Assembly: GCA_965216785.1 (NCBI GenBank)
Contig: OZ244197.1
Span: 1,728,001-1,792,000 of the forward strand
DNA: 64,000 nt
Direction of reading: 5' to 3'
DNA from: Thermodesulfobacteriota bacterium
GTDB taxonomy: Bacteria; Desulfobacterota_D; UBA1144; Nemesobacterales; UBA2774
The translations under genes and the position numbers were made by a program. The notes under the pieces were generated by a model. It had not been told where the DNA came from and searched no databases. It saw nothing but the letters and a program-made list of their open reading frames with translations. Below are positions 1-10,171 of this stretch, piece by piece; positions within the stretch are counted from its first letter, which is position 1, and every line of letters begins with the position of its first letter.

Positions 1-3000
1 GACAATCTGGAGTCTGAATATTCCGATATATATACACCTGAGGTAATAGAAGCGTTAAAAGCGCTGTCAGTGTTTAACAAGGACCAGAAAATGCTGATGG
101 AAAAACGCTATTCCAGGCGCTCGCAGAGGTTTCGCAACAAAGAGAGAATTCGATTCCTCGATCCGAGCGATTTTATATCCAGAACAAACATTAAAGTGCA
201 GGACGCAAGGGACGGTAAGTTTGTAGGTACTGAAATCCCGCATGACCTTCAGAGGCAGTGGATTCAGGGCACCGGTCCTGCCGCGAAACCTAATACTTCG
301 ATAGAAAAAAGCATTCGTAACGTAGCATACGCCCTTCTTTCCGGGGCAGACGGGTGGATGTTCGACGGCGAGGACGCGCTTGGGCAGATAAGCTCCATGT
401 CGCTCGATAACCAAAGAAACCTGAAGCTCGCGATCAAAAAAGACCCTGTGTTCATGGATACCGCAGAGAAGGTGTCACGCGAGATGAACAAGTGGGCAAA
501 GGGATTTTTCGGAAAAGAGATAATCACAGATTGGAGAAGCCAGCTCGATTTTACTACAAAGATCTTTAGAGCCAGAGGGCTTCACCTGGACGACAGACAT
601 ATAAGAGATGAGAACGGACTTGCTCTTTCGGCATCAGTTGCCGACGTTGTGCTCTACGTGGTTAACAACTACAAAGAGCTTGCGGCGCAGAACTCTTCAA
701 TTGTACTTTACCTTCCAAAAATACAGACTGCTGAAGAGGCCGCTTTCTGGAACGAAATCTTAAACGCGGTGGAAGATCACCTAGACCTCGCTCACGGCGC
801 GATAAAAGTTTACGTGCTCGTAGAGCAGATAGAGGCTACTTTCCAGCTTATGGAAATCAGGGCCGCGCTCGGAAGACATTTCGCGGGTTACAACACAGGC
901 CGCTGGGACTACATAAACAGTGTGTCTGACGCAATGGCCTGGGACCCTACATTCATTAATCCAAACATCGAATCAATCACAATGACATACGGCTACATGC
1001 GTAACTATGAAGACAGGGTACGTAGAGCCGTAAACACTCCCGGCATAAACGGGAACTGCGCACTATGGCAGGGCGGTATGGAACCGAACATACCGGTTGG
1101 CTCTGAAGAGGGCGTCAAATCGGGTATGGAAAAGGCGCTTGCTGGAGCGGTAAGAGAGCAAAAAGAAGGCGCAAGCGGTAAATGGGTAGCACACTGGAAG
1201 ATGGTCCACATCATCAGACCTGTTTGGGAAAAAGCGGGTGAGGACAATCAGCTCGGGAGAAAGTTCCCTGCACTAACATATACAGACGAAGACGCGGACG
1301 GGCTGACTCTACTCGAGCCGGCGCCCAGGAGCATACGCGGCGCCAGAAACCTAATAAGTGTCGGGCTTCAGTACGGAAACGCATTCGGACAGGGATTTCA
1401 GGCAGCAGCGCTAAAGCCGGCAGACTTTTTCGGAAACGACGACATTCTATATCTTATGGAAGACGCCGCTACCGGAGAGATAAGGCTCAGCATTCTGTGG
1501 GAGTGGATTCATAAGGGCGCCCAGTTAAATGAGGCCGATAAGGAAACAAAGGTTAAAAAAGGCGACGTGTTCACGGCAGACCTTTTCGAAAGGCTCCTGA
1601 CCGAGGAATACGATAAGCTCCTCAAGGCCAAGGACAAAGACGTTCACGACGACTCAAAACCCACAACGCTTCCGATAGCAAGGGATATAGTGGAGACATA
1701 CGTGCTCGACGATGTGAAGACCCCTTGGTACATAGACCTTTTGAATATCAACTTGAACAATCACGATCTATCTACAGCGAAACTTAGAATTAAGCAGTAC
1801 ATGGATGCTTTCAGGAAGGACGGTACGAGAATTACCGAGAACCTGGACTTTTTGCCCGAAGAAGGACTCGATACGTCGCTAATCGACGAGCTTGATACCT
1901 TCGAAAGAAAAGTGAAAGAGACAAAAGAGTGGTTCGCGAATCCGCGCTTTAAAGGGGTGAGAAGGCTTTACTCCGCGCGTCAGGTCGTACAGCAGCAGGG
2001 TACGCTTGAGGCAGACTACGCTGTAGCCAGGAAGTATTCTGAGGAGTTCTACAACAGGCTCCGCGAGCTATTCGCAAACGGTGAGCAGATAACGAGCTTC
2101 GGACCCTACACGCCGGGTCAGGCGGTTGTTATGAAGCGCATCGGGATTGAGGGAATTTATCTCGGAGGCTGGGCGACATCCGCTAAAGGCTCATTGGATG
2201 AAGACCCGGGCGCAGACCTTGCAAGCTATCCGCTGAGCCAGGTGCCTGATGAAGCGGCAACGATTGTGCGCGCGCTTCTGACAGCGGATAAAAACCAGAC
2301 TTTCTTCCGTTCCAGAATGTCGGAGAAAGAAAGAAAATCCACTCCTAGAGTCGATTACAGACCGTTCATCATCGCCGACGCCGACACAGGGCACGGTGGA
2401 GACGCGCACGTACGAAACTTGGTACGCAGATTCGTCGAAGCGGGCGTTACGGGGTATCACATAGAAGACCAGAAGCCGGGTACGAAAAAGTGCGGACACC
2501 AGGGCGGTAAGGTTCTCGTCCCGGTAGACGAGCAGATAAAGAGACTAAACGCAGCCAGGTTCCAGCTGGATATTATGAAGGTGCCGGGCATCATCGTCGC
2601 AAGAACGGACGCTGAGGCAGCTACTCTACTTGACGGCAGGGGAGATGAAAGGGATCACCCGTTCATTCTCGGCGCAACTAATACCGAAGTGCCGGGTTAC
2701 AAGATTTGTTACCTCGCTATTCTAAAAAGGTTCTTCGATAAGGGCATCACCGATGTAAACGGTTTCATGCTCTACGATATATCGGAGGACGAGTACCAAG
2801 AGGCTTACGCATGGTTTGATAAAGTGGGCCTGACCGCGATAATAGACGAAAGCATTAAAGCGCTATTAGACGGTAAAGAGAGGAGCATAACCAAGCCTCT
2901 CGATAACGCAGCCACAAAGTTCGTCGAGATTTGGGAAGGCGAATCGGGGCTTATGACCTTCGCGCAGGCGGTAGCTGATGAAATGGAATTTAAAATTGAA

Positions 3001-4197
3001 GAGGGTCGCTCGCTCGATATGACCATGGATGAATGGTTTGAGTTCGCAAACCACTCCTCGTTCCACCATGCAAGAGAGCAAGCGCGCTCTATGGGCATCG
3101 AAGCTTCCTGGGACTGTGAGTTGTCAAGGACCCCGGAAGGTTACTATCAGGTGAAAGGCGGCATCGAATACGCGATAGCAAAATCACTCGCAGTAGCTCC
3201 TTACGCCGATCTGATCTGGATGGAAACTAAGACAGCAAACCTGGAAGAGGCAAGAGAGTTCGCGGAAGCGATACACGCTCAGTACCCGGACAAGATGCTT
3301 GCATACAACCTCTCCCCTTCGTTTAACTGGGACACTACCGGAATGACGGAAGAAGAGATGACGGTATTCCCGAAAGAGATCGGGAAGCTGGGATTTGTCT
3401 TTGACTTTATAACATACGGCGGACACCAGATTGACGGTCTGGCCTCTGAGGAATTTGCAACGGCTCTTCAGCAGGACGGAATGCTGGCGCTTGCAAGGCT
3501 CCAGCGCAAGTTCAGACTTCTTGACTCACCATATAGGACCCCGCAGTCACTCGTTGGCGGCCCGAGGCTTGACGGCGCGCTTTCGGCGTCTTCCGGTCGT
3601 ACTGCCACTACAAAGGCTATGGGTAAAGGCTCTACTCAGGTACAGCACATGGTTGAGACAGAAGTTCCGCCGAGGCTGCTTGAGCAGTGGCTTGAGCTAT
3701 GGACACAGCACTACGGGATTGCAGGACCTCTGCATGTAAAGCTTAGACCAAGCAGAGCGGGCTCGGAGCTCCTGGAGCTTTCGGTTCTGGATCCTGATAA
3801 TAACAAAGTCGCGGACGTTATCTTCTCAACACTCCGTGACCGTATGGGTAAGACTATGCTCAGCGTTAGGGACCAGAATACATATGATACCAATTACCGT
3901 CAGAAGAGACTTATGGCGCTAATTCACCTGTTCCTGATACACCGATATAAAGGTATGTCTGTGCACTATGTTAGCCCGACCGAAGACAACCAGATGCAGA
4001 CTAAGGGAATGAAGGCGCTCGGTATTTATGATGAAGTGAATACTGAAGTGGGTGATATTATTGTTGCAAAAGTTGACACGGATCGCATTGAGGGGCTTCT
4101 GAACCCTAATCAGAAGGAGCTAAAGAACCTCATAGCAAAGAAACCTTTGCCAAAGCCCAAAGCCAGTGCTAAAAAGACAACGAAAAGTAAAAAATAG
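1..4197 (+). CDS. Bifunctional malate synthase / isocitrate lyase fusion (5'-truncated) with ICL2-type C-terminal domain
   Basis: Frame is open from base 1. N-half has malate synthase A motifs ([28 protein letters not shown]). C-half has ICL motifs ([36 protein letters not shown]). Tail [23 protein letters not shown] resembles the mycobacterial ICL2 C-domain. Confidence 0.92.
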   Translation, partial: DNLESEYSDIYTPEVIEALKALSVFNKDQKMLMEKRYSRRSQRFRNKERIRFLDPSDFISRTNIKVQDARDGKFVGTEIPHDLQRQWIQGTGPAAKPNTSIEKSIRNVAYALLSGADGWMFDGEDALGQISSMSLDNQRNLKLAIKKDPVFMDTAEKVSREMNKWAKGFFGKEIITDWRSQLDFTTKIFRARGLHLDDRHIRDENGLALSASVADVVLYVVNNYKELAAQNSSIVLYLPKIQTAEEAAFWNEILNAVEDHLDLAHGAIKVYVLVEQIEATFQLMEIRAALGRHFAGYNTGRWDYINSVSDAMAWDPTFINPNIESITMTYGYMRNYEDRVRRAVNTPGINGNCALWQGGMEPNIPVGSEEGVKSGMEKALAGAVREQKEGASGKWVAHWKMVHIIRPVWEKAGEDNQLGRKFPALTYTDEDADGLTLLEPAPRSIRGARNLISVGLQYGNAFGQGFQAAALKPADFFGNDDILYLMEDAATGEIRLSILWEWIHKGAQLNEADKETKVKKGDVFTADLFERLLTEEYDKLLKAKDKDVHDDSKPTTLPIARDIVETYVLDDVKTPWYIDLLNINLNNHDLSTAKLRIKQYMDAFRKDGTRITENLDFLPEEGLDTSLIDELDTFERKVKETKEWFANPRFKGVRRLYSARQVVQQQGTLEADYAVARKYSEEFYNRLRELFANGEQITSFGPYTPGQAVVMKRIGIEGIYLGGWATSAKGSLDEDPGADLASYPLSQVPDEAATIVRALLTADKNQTFFRSRMSEKERKSTPRVDYRPFIIADADTGHGGDAHVRNLVRRFVEAGVTGYHIEDQKPGTKKCGHQGGKVLVPVDEQIKRLNAARFQLDIMKVPGIIVARTDAEAATLLDGRGDERDHPFILGATNTEVPGYKICYLAILKRFFDKGITDVNGFMLYDISEDEYQEAYAWFDKVGLTAIIDESIKALLDGKERSITKPLDNAATKFVEIWEGESGLMTFAQAVADEMEFKIEEGRSLDMTMDEWFEFANHSSFHHAREQARSMGIEASWDCELSRTPEGYYQVKGGIEYAIAKSLAVAPYADLIWMETKTANLEEAREFAEAIHAQYPDKMLAYNLSPSFNWDTTGMTEEEMTVFPKEIGKLGFVFDFITYGGHQIDGLASEEFATALQQDGMLALARLQRKFRLLDSPYRTPQSLVGGPRLDGALSASSGRTATTKAMGKGSTQVQHMVETEVPPRLLEQWLELWTQHYGIAGPLHVKLRPSRAGSELLELSVLDPDNNKVADVIFSTLRDRMGKTMLSVRDQNTYDTNYRQKRLMALIHLFLIHRYKGMSVHYVSPTEDNQMQTKGMKALGIYDEVNTEVGDIIVAKVDTDRIEGLLNPNQKELKNLIAKKPLPKPKASAKKTTKSKK

Positions 4198-4216
4198 TAT
4201 CTTGTAGCAAATTAAG

Positions 4217-4245
4217 CCCGGGGCCTTTATAATAAAGGTCTCGGG
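4217..4245 (+). terminator. Stem-loop after the MS-ICL gene
   Basis: CCCGGGGCCTTTAT-A-ATAAAGGTCTCGGG inverted repeat 20 nt after the stop; no clear U-tract. Confidence 0.55.
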
Positions 4246-4279
4246 TGCAGTAAAAATAATGCCAGGGGGTTTTTAACGA

Positions 4280-4372
4280 ATGTTACAAGTTTTGCCGCCG
4301 GTAATCTTTGCTCTTGTCATTATAGGCTTTGTGGTCGCAATTATTCTGCGTGCCAGAAAAGAGCAGGACTAG
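4280..4372 (+). CDS. Putative 30-aa single-TM small protein
   Basis: MLQVLPPVIFALVIIGFVVAIILRARKEQD; AGGGGG SD-like upstream; below the ORF-track cutoff. Confidence 0.5.
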   Translation: MLQVLPPVIFALVIIGFVVAIILRARKEQD

Positions 4373-4512
4373 AGTTAATTTGCAAGGGGATATTCGAGGG
4401 GGACCCAATAAACTCGGTCTTTGAATAACTCTTTCTTTTAGTAAATCCCAACAACTCTATTTGTACCTAAATATTCAATAAGCTCATGCTCATTGGCGAG
4501 TGCTTAAATGAA

Positions 4513-4911
4513 TTATTTTCCATCGGGGGATGTAGCGGTATCTTCTGCTGAGGTTTCAGCCGCTGAAGATGCGGATGTTGCGGCCTCTGCTGCTTTTTCT
4601 TCAGGTTTAGTTTCAGTCGTTTCTTCGCTTTGTACACCGAACGCTTTTTCAAACCCGTAGTCTTCTATTATGGAGTCGTATATTTCACACGCTTTTGCGT
4701 AGTCACCCTGATCAGAGGCCTGTTGCCCTTTTTTCATACGCTCCCCAATGGCTTTTGAATTCTCGGAATTCAGCTTGCCCTGAAAATTCATATCCATCAT
4801 CCCTTTAATTACGTTTTGGTGATTGTTAAACGCCTGCATTTCGTTAGTGCACTCAGCGTATGCCACAGCCGAATATATTAAAAGAAGTGTTGTGATTATA
4901 ATTGTTCTCAT
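4513..4911 (-). CDS. Secreted hypothetical protein with Ala/Ser/Thr/Glu-rich tail
   Basis: Signal peptide ending AYA, two Cys, AAGGAGG SD inside the 3' end of the upstream gene. Confidence 0.7.
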   Translation of the reverse strand: MRTIIITTLLLIYSAVAYAECTNEMQAFNNHQNVIKGMMDMNFQGKLNSENSKAIGERMKKGQQASDQGDYAKACEIYDSIIEDYGFEKAFGVQSEETTETKPEEKAAEAATSASSAAETSAEDTATSPDGK

Positions 4912-4912
4912 C

Positions 4913-5848
4913 TTAGTCCTCCTTACTTTCGCTCTGTTTAAATTTGTATCCTTGTCGTTCGCGGGACTTAACCCTTATAGCGTGCTCGTAGCTGTCTACA
5001 CATTCCTCTTTGCAGCAGCCGCTCCTTTCAGATCCGCAGTTCTCGCACATAACAACGAGGTCGTCGCAGACCGGGTTCTTGCAATTGGTATAGCGGTCTG
5101 TCGGCCCGCCGCACCAGATACACTGTGAAATGGTGCCGCCCTCGGGGTCTACGTCCGAAACGAGCCTCTGGTCGAATACGAAGCACTTTCCTTCCCAAAT
5201 AGTATCGGGATATTTCTGGCAGAAATTTATTATCCCGTCCTTAAGCTGATACACGTCGGTAAACCCCTGCTCAACCATGTAGGAAGTTGCTTTCTCGCAC
5301 CTGATGCCGCCCGTGCAGTAGGTGACGATTTTTCTGTCTTTTATATTCTCCAATGACTTGAGCGCCTCGGGAAAATCCCTGAAATTCTCAATGTCGGGTG
5401 TTAGGGCGTTTTTAAATTTGCCGACTTTAGATTCATAGTTGTTTCTGGTATCGAGTATTATAAAGTCCTCTCCACTCTCGTATAACTCCAACAGCTCTTC
5501 AGGAGAAATATAGCGTCCTGTTTTTTTGAGGTCGAGCTCTTGGTCCATCCGGATGATCTCCTTTTTTACCCGTACTATCATTTTCTTAAACGGGCTGAAG
5601 GTGCATGTTTCTTCTTTAAACACTATGTCGGAGAACTGATCCTGCGCGGTAAGATAGGATTTATATCTTTCCATCTGTTCTTTTGAGCCCGAGAGTGAGC
5701 CGTTAATGCCTTCTTTGGCAACGAGTACTTTACCAAGAAAGCCCTGAGACTTGCAGAATTCCAGGTGCTCTGCGGCGAATTCATCCGGTCTTTGAATGTC
5801 CGTGAATTTATAAAATAGAATTACATGTATCTTAGGTTCTGTATTCAT
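4913..5848 (-). CDS. trhO: Rhodanese-domain tRNA uridine(34) hydroxylase (TrhO/YceA, UPF0176)
   Basis: LFYKF, EGING, DTRNNYE, YCTGGIRCEKA, WEGKCFVFD, Cys-rich tail; start at 5848 preferred over 5893. Confidence 0.85.
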   Translation of the reverse strand: MNTEPKIHVILFYKFTDIQRPDEFAAEHLEFCKSQGFLGKVLVAKEGINGSLSGSKEQMERYKSYLTAQDQFSDIVFKEETCTFSPFKKMIVRVKKEIIRMDQELDLKKTGRYISPEELLELYESGEDFIILDTRNNYESKVGKFKNALTPDIENFRDFPEALKSLENIKDRKIVTYCTGGIRCEKATSYMVEQGFTDVYQLKDGIINFCQKYPDTIWEGKCFVFDQRLVSDVDPEGGTISQCIWCGGPTDRYTNCKNPVCDDLVVMCENCGSERSGCCKEECVDSYEHAIRVKSRERQGYKFKQSESKED

Positions 5849-5969
5849 GATCCGGTAATTATAACTGATTGTTATATTTAACTTAATAGACATACCTCTA
5901 GTACCTGGGGTCCCGTAAACAAATATCTATGAAGGATTTATGGGAGTATTTACGAATAAAATCCGCATA

Positions 5970-6009
5970 AACGAAAAGAGGGAGCGGGTTTTGAAGCCGC
6001 TCCCTCTTT
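5970..6009 (-). terminator. Intrinsic terminator (potentially bidirectional)
   Basis: 13-bp stem AAAGAGGGAGCGG/CCGCTCCCTCTTT with T-rich tails on both strands. Confidence 0.8.
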
Positions 6010-6055
6010 CTTAAAGGAGGATGGAGGATGATTTAAGTGCGTTACTTAAGTTTCA
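5970..6055 (-). ncRNA. Candidate ~85-nt small RNA with tandem CCUCC anti-SD motifs
   Basis: Sigma70 promoter upstream, 5' hairpin TTAAGT-aacgc-ACTTAA, then CATCCTCCATCCTCCTTT, then an intrinsic terminator; no long ORF. Confidence 0.6.
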
Positions 6056-6060
6056 ATAAT

Positions 6061-6089
6061 AATATAAAGCGTGAGACTTAATATGTCAA
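6061..6089 (-). promoter_or_regulatory. Sigma70 promoter TTGACA-17-TATATT
   Basis: Minus strand reads TTGACA tattaagtctcacgctt TATATT; AT-rich UP-like region upstream. Confidence 0.75.
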
Positions 6090-6260
6090 GCAAAATTTTT
6101 TCTGTTATATAAAAATATCTCGTTTAATAGCGCTTAACGGCTCTAAGTTGCTCATCTTTCTATAATTATTATGTGTTTGTAAGTGAATATGATGTAAATA
6201 TAGCTTGATTTTATTACTTAGTTCTGATAAATATATCGGAACGATTTAAAGGAGGTTGTT

Positions 6261-6770
6261 ATGAGAAAAATCCCAAATATTTTGTATGTTTTTCTTTTTG
6301 TATCGGTCTTTGCTATAGGTTCTTTCATAGTGGAATCTCAGAGCGCGTTCGCCGGTAAAGGTGTGCAAGGGTGCGAAGTAGAAGTTGTATTGAACGCCAT
6401 ACCCGAAGGCGATACGGAATTTACATTTATTTCGACTCCAGGAGATGAATTCACCTTGGTTGAGACGGGGGAATGGTTCAAAATCTTGTTTGTGCCTATC
6501 GGCGGTTCGCTGCAAGTTACGGAGATAGTGCCCGAAGGTTGGACGCTCGTTGACGTTTCATGCGAAAGCCGAGGATCGGAAGGTTTTATCTTAATAGAAA
6601 ACGGCTTTTTCTTAGAGAGTTGCGTAGGTGATCTACTCGTATGCAATTTTGTGAATGCGCTTGAAGTAAGACCAATTCCAGCCTTATCACAGTGGGGAAT
6701 CATTGCAGCAGCAGTGGTTCTTGGGATCGTTGGTATTGTATTCTACAGCAGAAGAAAAGCTGCCGCGTAA
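6261..6770 (+). CDS. IPTL-CTERM sorting-domain surface protein
   Basis: Signal peptide; C-terminal IPALSQWG + TM helix + RRK; SD AAAGGAGG. Confidence 0.85.
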   Translation: MRKIPNILYVFLFVSVFAIGSFIVESQSAFAGKGVQGCEVEVVLNAIPEGDTEFTFISTPGDEFTLVETGEWFKILFVPIGGSLQVTEIVPEGWTLVDVSCESRGSEGFILIENGFFLESCVGDLLVCNFVNALEVRPIPALSQWGIIAAAVVLGIVGIVFYSRRKAAA

Positions 6771-6793
6771 TTTAATATCCGAATTCACTTATT

Positions 6794-6830
6794 AACCCGG
6801 AGGCTGACGCCTTAGCCTCCGGGTTTTCTT
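6794..6830 (+). terminator. Intrinsic terminator between convergent genes
   Basis: AACCCGGAGGCTGA-cgcc-TTAGCCTCCGGGTT followed by TTCTT. Confidence 0.85.
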
Positions 6831-6836
6831 TCTAAG

Positions 6837-7823
6837 CTAATTGTCTTGCTCAAATCCCAGCTCGCCACCTTCATGAATCGCCAGACCTATTTGTTCAAGA
6901 AAACCATGCCGGCCATTATACCAAAGTTTCCAATGGTCTCTATGTTTAATAGCGTATGGTTTGTATACAGCAGAACTGTCCCATGCTCTATACTTGCCTG
7001 GCTTGATTATAGGATTTGCAGGGTGTCTTTCCCAATTGTTTATTCCGTCGGCTGAGCGTGCTAGACCGATCATCGCGCGGTCAATGTTTTCAAAGCCTAT
7101 GTAAAACATTATATACCATTCATCGATTTGAATTACCTGTCCCCCGGTAACTTTATATCCATCCCAGCCTTTGTTAGTAGAAGGAAGAAATACCGGGTCC
7201 GGGTATTTCTTCCATTTATATCCATCGACGCTTGTAGCATAACCGATAGCATCCGGTTCATACTGTTCTCCGCCTGAATACCACATCTTATAAATCCGCT
7301 CACTTTGATCCCAGATGACATGAGGAACCATGACGGCAACTTTTTCCCATGGTTGGTCCGGATAGAGTACGGGCTTATCGCTCGCCCTTGTCCATGTTAT
7401 ACCGTCGGTACTAGTTGCATAACCGATGTACGAGTTATCGTCTGTTTGGCCCGTGTACCACATATGGTATAAACCGGAGTGTTTTAAAACTACCGGTCGA
7501 TTTACGCGGGATTCCCACCCCGAAGCTGAATTAGGTCCAAGTACAATTACCGGTTCACTCCAATTTATCCCGTCACTACTCTCGGTTAACGCAATACTCT
7601 TCTTTGGCCGCCAGGAAAACCACATGTGGTATAAATCGTCTTCCCGCAATACCGAGACATCAAAAGCCGTGCCCAAATCGCCTCCAAGAACCGGGTTTCC
7701 GTCAAACTTTTCCCAACCCCCGCTTGTCTCGGACAAACTATTCCAAAGTATAAAGGAAGTAACTGCAATGATTATTAGTAAGATAAAGACAGCTATGTAT
7801 TTTGTTGATTTCTCCATTTGCAT
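6837..7823 (-). CDS. Membrane-anchored five-bladed beta-propeller glycoside hydrolase (GH32/GH43/GH130-like)
   Basis: Repeated YxMWY..IGYATS.DG..W..PVL blades; N-terminal TM. Confidence 0.75.
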   Translation of the reverse strand: MQMEKSTKYIAVFILLIIIAVTSFILWNSLSETSGGWEKFDGNPVLGGDLGTAFDVSVLREDDLYHMWFSWRPKKSIALTESSDGINWSEPVIVLGPNSASGWESRVNRPVVLKHSGLYHMWYTGQTDDNSYIGYATSTDGITWTRASDKPVLYPDQPWEKVAVMVPHVIWDQSERIYKMWYSGGEQYEPDAIGYATSVDGYKWKKYPDPVFLPSTNKGWDGYKVTGGQVIQIDEWYIMFYIGFENIDRAMIGLARSADGINNWERHPANPIIKPGKYRAWDSSAVYKPYAIKHRDHWKLWYNGRHGFLEQIGLAIHEGGELGFEQDN

Positions 7824-7999
7824 AGCCCTATATTCAATTAGTATTTAAAATAAATGATCTATGGATGTCTTATTGATATTTATTAGAAAATTATACGGCA
7901 TAACATATACGCTGTATAATACTCAGATTCAAGATTAAATTATATGTTAGAATGACTTCTGAGGCTTAGTAAGGCCATTTTTAGAATGTAAATGCGTAA

Positions 8000-9607
8000 A
8001 TGTTCAATTTTACAAAAGACCAATCAATTTATGTTTTCATTCTGCTGATTATTTTAGTGATAATAGTCGGGACTTGTTTCATTCCGCTTAGTAATATGCT
8101 CCCCAATCGTGACTCTGGTGTATTTCTTTATGTGGGCCAACAAATTCTTGACGGAAGCATCCCTTATCGTGATATATGGGATCACAAAGGCCCAACTGTT
8201 TATTATATTAACGCATTGGGGCTGCTCATAGCTCAAGGCTCGCAGTGGGGAGTATTTTTCCTAGAGCTGCTTTCGCTCTTTATTGCTGCCTTACTCGGAT
8301 ACAAAGTGATGAGTAGAGCGTTTGGAAGGGCGCCCGCAGTTTGCGCTTCTATTTTGTGGATTTTTAGTATTTTTTACTTAAATATCGATGGATATGAAGG
8401 AAACTTTACAGAAGAGTACGCCCTGCCTCTAAGCTTTGCTACTATATATATTTTTTTGCAATCGAGGAATTCGAACTCAAAACTTGTATATTTTTTCTTA
8501 ATCGGGCTCATATTTTCGATTTCATTTTTGTTAAAACCCAATAGCACGGGAATACAGTTTTCCGTTTTATTATTTGTTTTTATTGAGGGAATTTTACAAA
8601 ATCGGATTTATGATCTGATTAAGAAAGTTCTTTCGTTTATTCTAGGTTCGTTAGTTATTCTGGTTCCTGTTTTAATCTATCTTAAGTGGAACGATGCCCT
8701 CAATGACTTATTGGATGTATTTCTTCGATACAACATTTTGTATTCTCACTCTTCTCTAAAGGATAAAATAGTTTCAATACTTCAAGGACTGTTTTATCTT
8801 GCTCCATCGGGGCTTATGTTTACAGCATTAGGTGCCTGGATATTCGGCTTATTTGCCTTAAGGGGTGGTTCAAGGCTACAAGAGAGCCAAAAGGACTTAA
8901 TTTATCTTAGTCTTCTGGCAATGCCTGTTGAATTTATATTCTCATCAATCACGGGAAGAATATATTATCATTACTACTTTTGCTGGCTTCCGGTATTTGC
9001 AGTCTTGACCAGTTACTTTTTTTCCATACTCCTTACACAAGTTTCCAGTACAAGTATCAATGTATATAAATACAAAATCGGAACGAATTACCTATTTTTA
9101 TCTGCTCTACTTATAGCTATGTGCAGTTTAACAAGTTTTATGGTTTATCATAATTTGAAGGAGCTCATATATTCATATGGTAAGGAACGGATTCCAGTTA
9201 TCGATAAAGTTGAGCGGCATAGAGACGGAGCGGAATATCTATTGATGTGGGGGGCTGAGGCCTCTGTCAATTATGCTACTAAAATTAAGTCTCCTACCCG
9301 CTATGTTTATCAGTATCCCTTATATACATGTGGTTATTACACAGAAGAAATGATTAACGAGTTCCTGGATGGCATTAGGGGAAAAAACCCTATAATCGTT
9401 GACACCTCTTCAACCAACGAATTCATTCCCCCGATTGATGATATTAAGAGAGAAAAGTGGGCATACCTGGCATTTGCAGGTAATAGTGGTGCTGATTGTC
9501 AGGTACTACAGGATATGGAAGAGGTGTTTGACTATATAAGCTCACAATACGAGCCGGTAGATACGATTGAAGAAAATGGATGGGTAATATATAAATTGAG
9601 ACAGTAA
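8000..9607 (+). CDS. GT-C fold membrane glycosyltransferase (ArnT/PMT-like)
   Basis: RDSGVF..G...L.G.IPYRDIWDHKGP, NFTEEY, multiple TM helices; visibly AT-rich. Confidence 0.75.
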   Translation: MFNFTKDQSIYVFILLIILVIIVGTCFIPLSNMLPNRDSGVFLYVGQQILDGSIPYRDIWDHKGPTVYYINALGLLIAQGSQWGVFFLELLSLFIAALLGYKVMSRAFGRAPAVCASILWIFSIFYLNIDGYEGNFTEEYALPLSFATIYIFLQSRNSNSKLVYFFLIGLIFSISFLLKPNSTGIQFSVLLFVFIEGILQNRIYDLIKKVLSFILGSLVILVPVLIYLKWNDALNDLLDVFLRYNILYSHSSLKDKIVSILQGLFYLAPSGLMFTALGAWIFGLFALRGGSRLQESQKDLIYLSLLAMPVEFIFSSITGRIYYHYYFCWLPVFAVLTSYFFSILLTQVSSTSINVYKYKIGTNYLFLSALLIAMCSLTSFMVYHNLKELIYSYGKERIPVIDKVERHRDGAEYLLMWGAEASVNYATKIKSPTRYVYQYPLYTCGYYTEEMINEFLDGIRGKNPIIVDTSSTNEFIPPIDDIKREKWAYLAFAGNSGADCQVLQDMEEVFDYISSQYEPVDTIEENGWVIYKLRQ

Positions 9608-9698
9608 AAGTATTAGAAATCTCAATGTCCGCGAAAAATACGGGTATCTTAGAGATCTTATCCACTTGTATTTTACATAAAGCGTTTGTCTGATTGAG

Positions 9699-9707
9699 TG
9701 CTATAAT
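9699..9707 (+). promoter_or_regulatory. Extended -10 promoter TGnTATAAT
   Basis: TGCTATAAT 24 nt upstream of the ATG at 9732. Confidence 0.55.
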
Positions 9708-9731
9708 GTTGTCAAATAGGGGGGAGACAAT

Positions 9732-10019
9732 ATGAGCATAAACAAGAGTTTCGCGTCATGGAGGAAACAGATACTTTATTTCCTCATTATATCCGTCTTC
9801 GGTGCCGTCGCGGGCATCGCGCACGGAGTGTTTTTCGACCTTGAGTGGTCTCAGATACAGAGGCTATCCATATTTGGGATAATATTTACTACCGTGATCA
9901 TTTTCCCGTCGCTTCTTTTATTCGAATACGTTTTCGATATAGATAACCAAGCGGAGATTACAGAGTTAAAAAACAGGGTGGAAAAGCTCGAGAGTACTCT
10001 GAAGGCACAAGGCGAGTAA
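9732..10019 (+). CDS. Small two-TM protein with C-terminal coiled coil
   Basis: SD GGGGGAG, two hydrophobic segments, heptad-like tail. Confidence 0.7.
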   Translation: MSINKSFASWRKQILYFLIISVFGAVAGIAHGVFFDLEWSQIQRLSIFGIIFTTVIIFPSLLLFEYVFDIDNQAEITELKNRVEKLESTLKAQGE

Positions 10020-10171
10020 GTACTCATATTGTTTTGAGATAATAGGAAAATATGATAATGTTGATAAGTAATGATAATGCTGAATAAGAATGCGATAATC
10101 TGGATTATGATTCTTGGATTATCAAAAAAATAAGTTTGCTGTGGGTTAAATATAATAGTGAGGGAAAAAAT

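Noticed and set aside
4513-4620. Low-complexity GCT/GCA-rich stretch as a DNA repeat
   Set aside because: Explained by an Ala/Ser/Thr/Glu-rich protein tail
6012-6059. Plus-strand SD with mini-ORF (MEDDLSALLKFQ or MI) or CsrA-type GGA repeats
   Set aside because: Lies immediately after a terminator on + with no promoter seen; the promoter/terminator layout fits the minus-strand RNA
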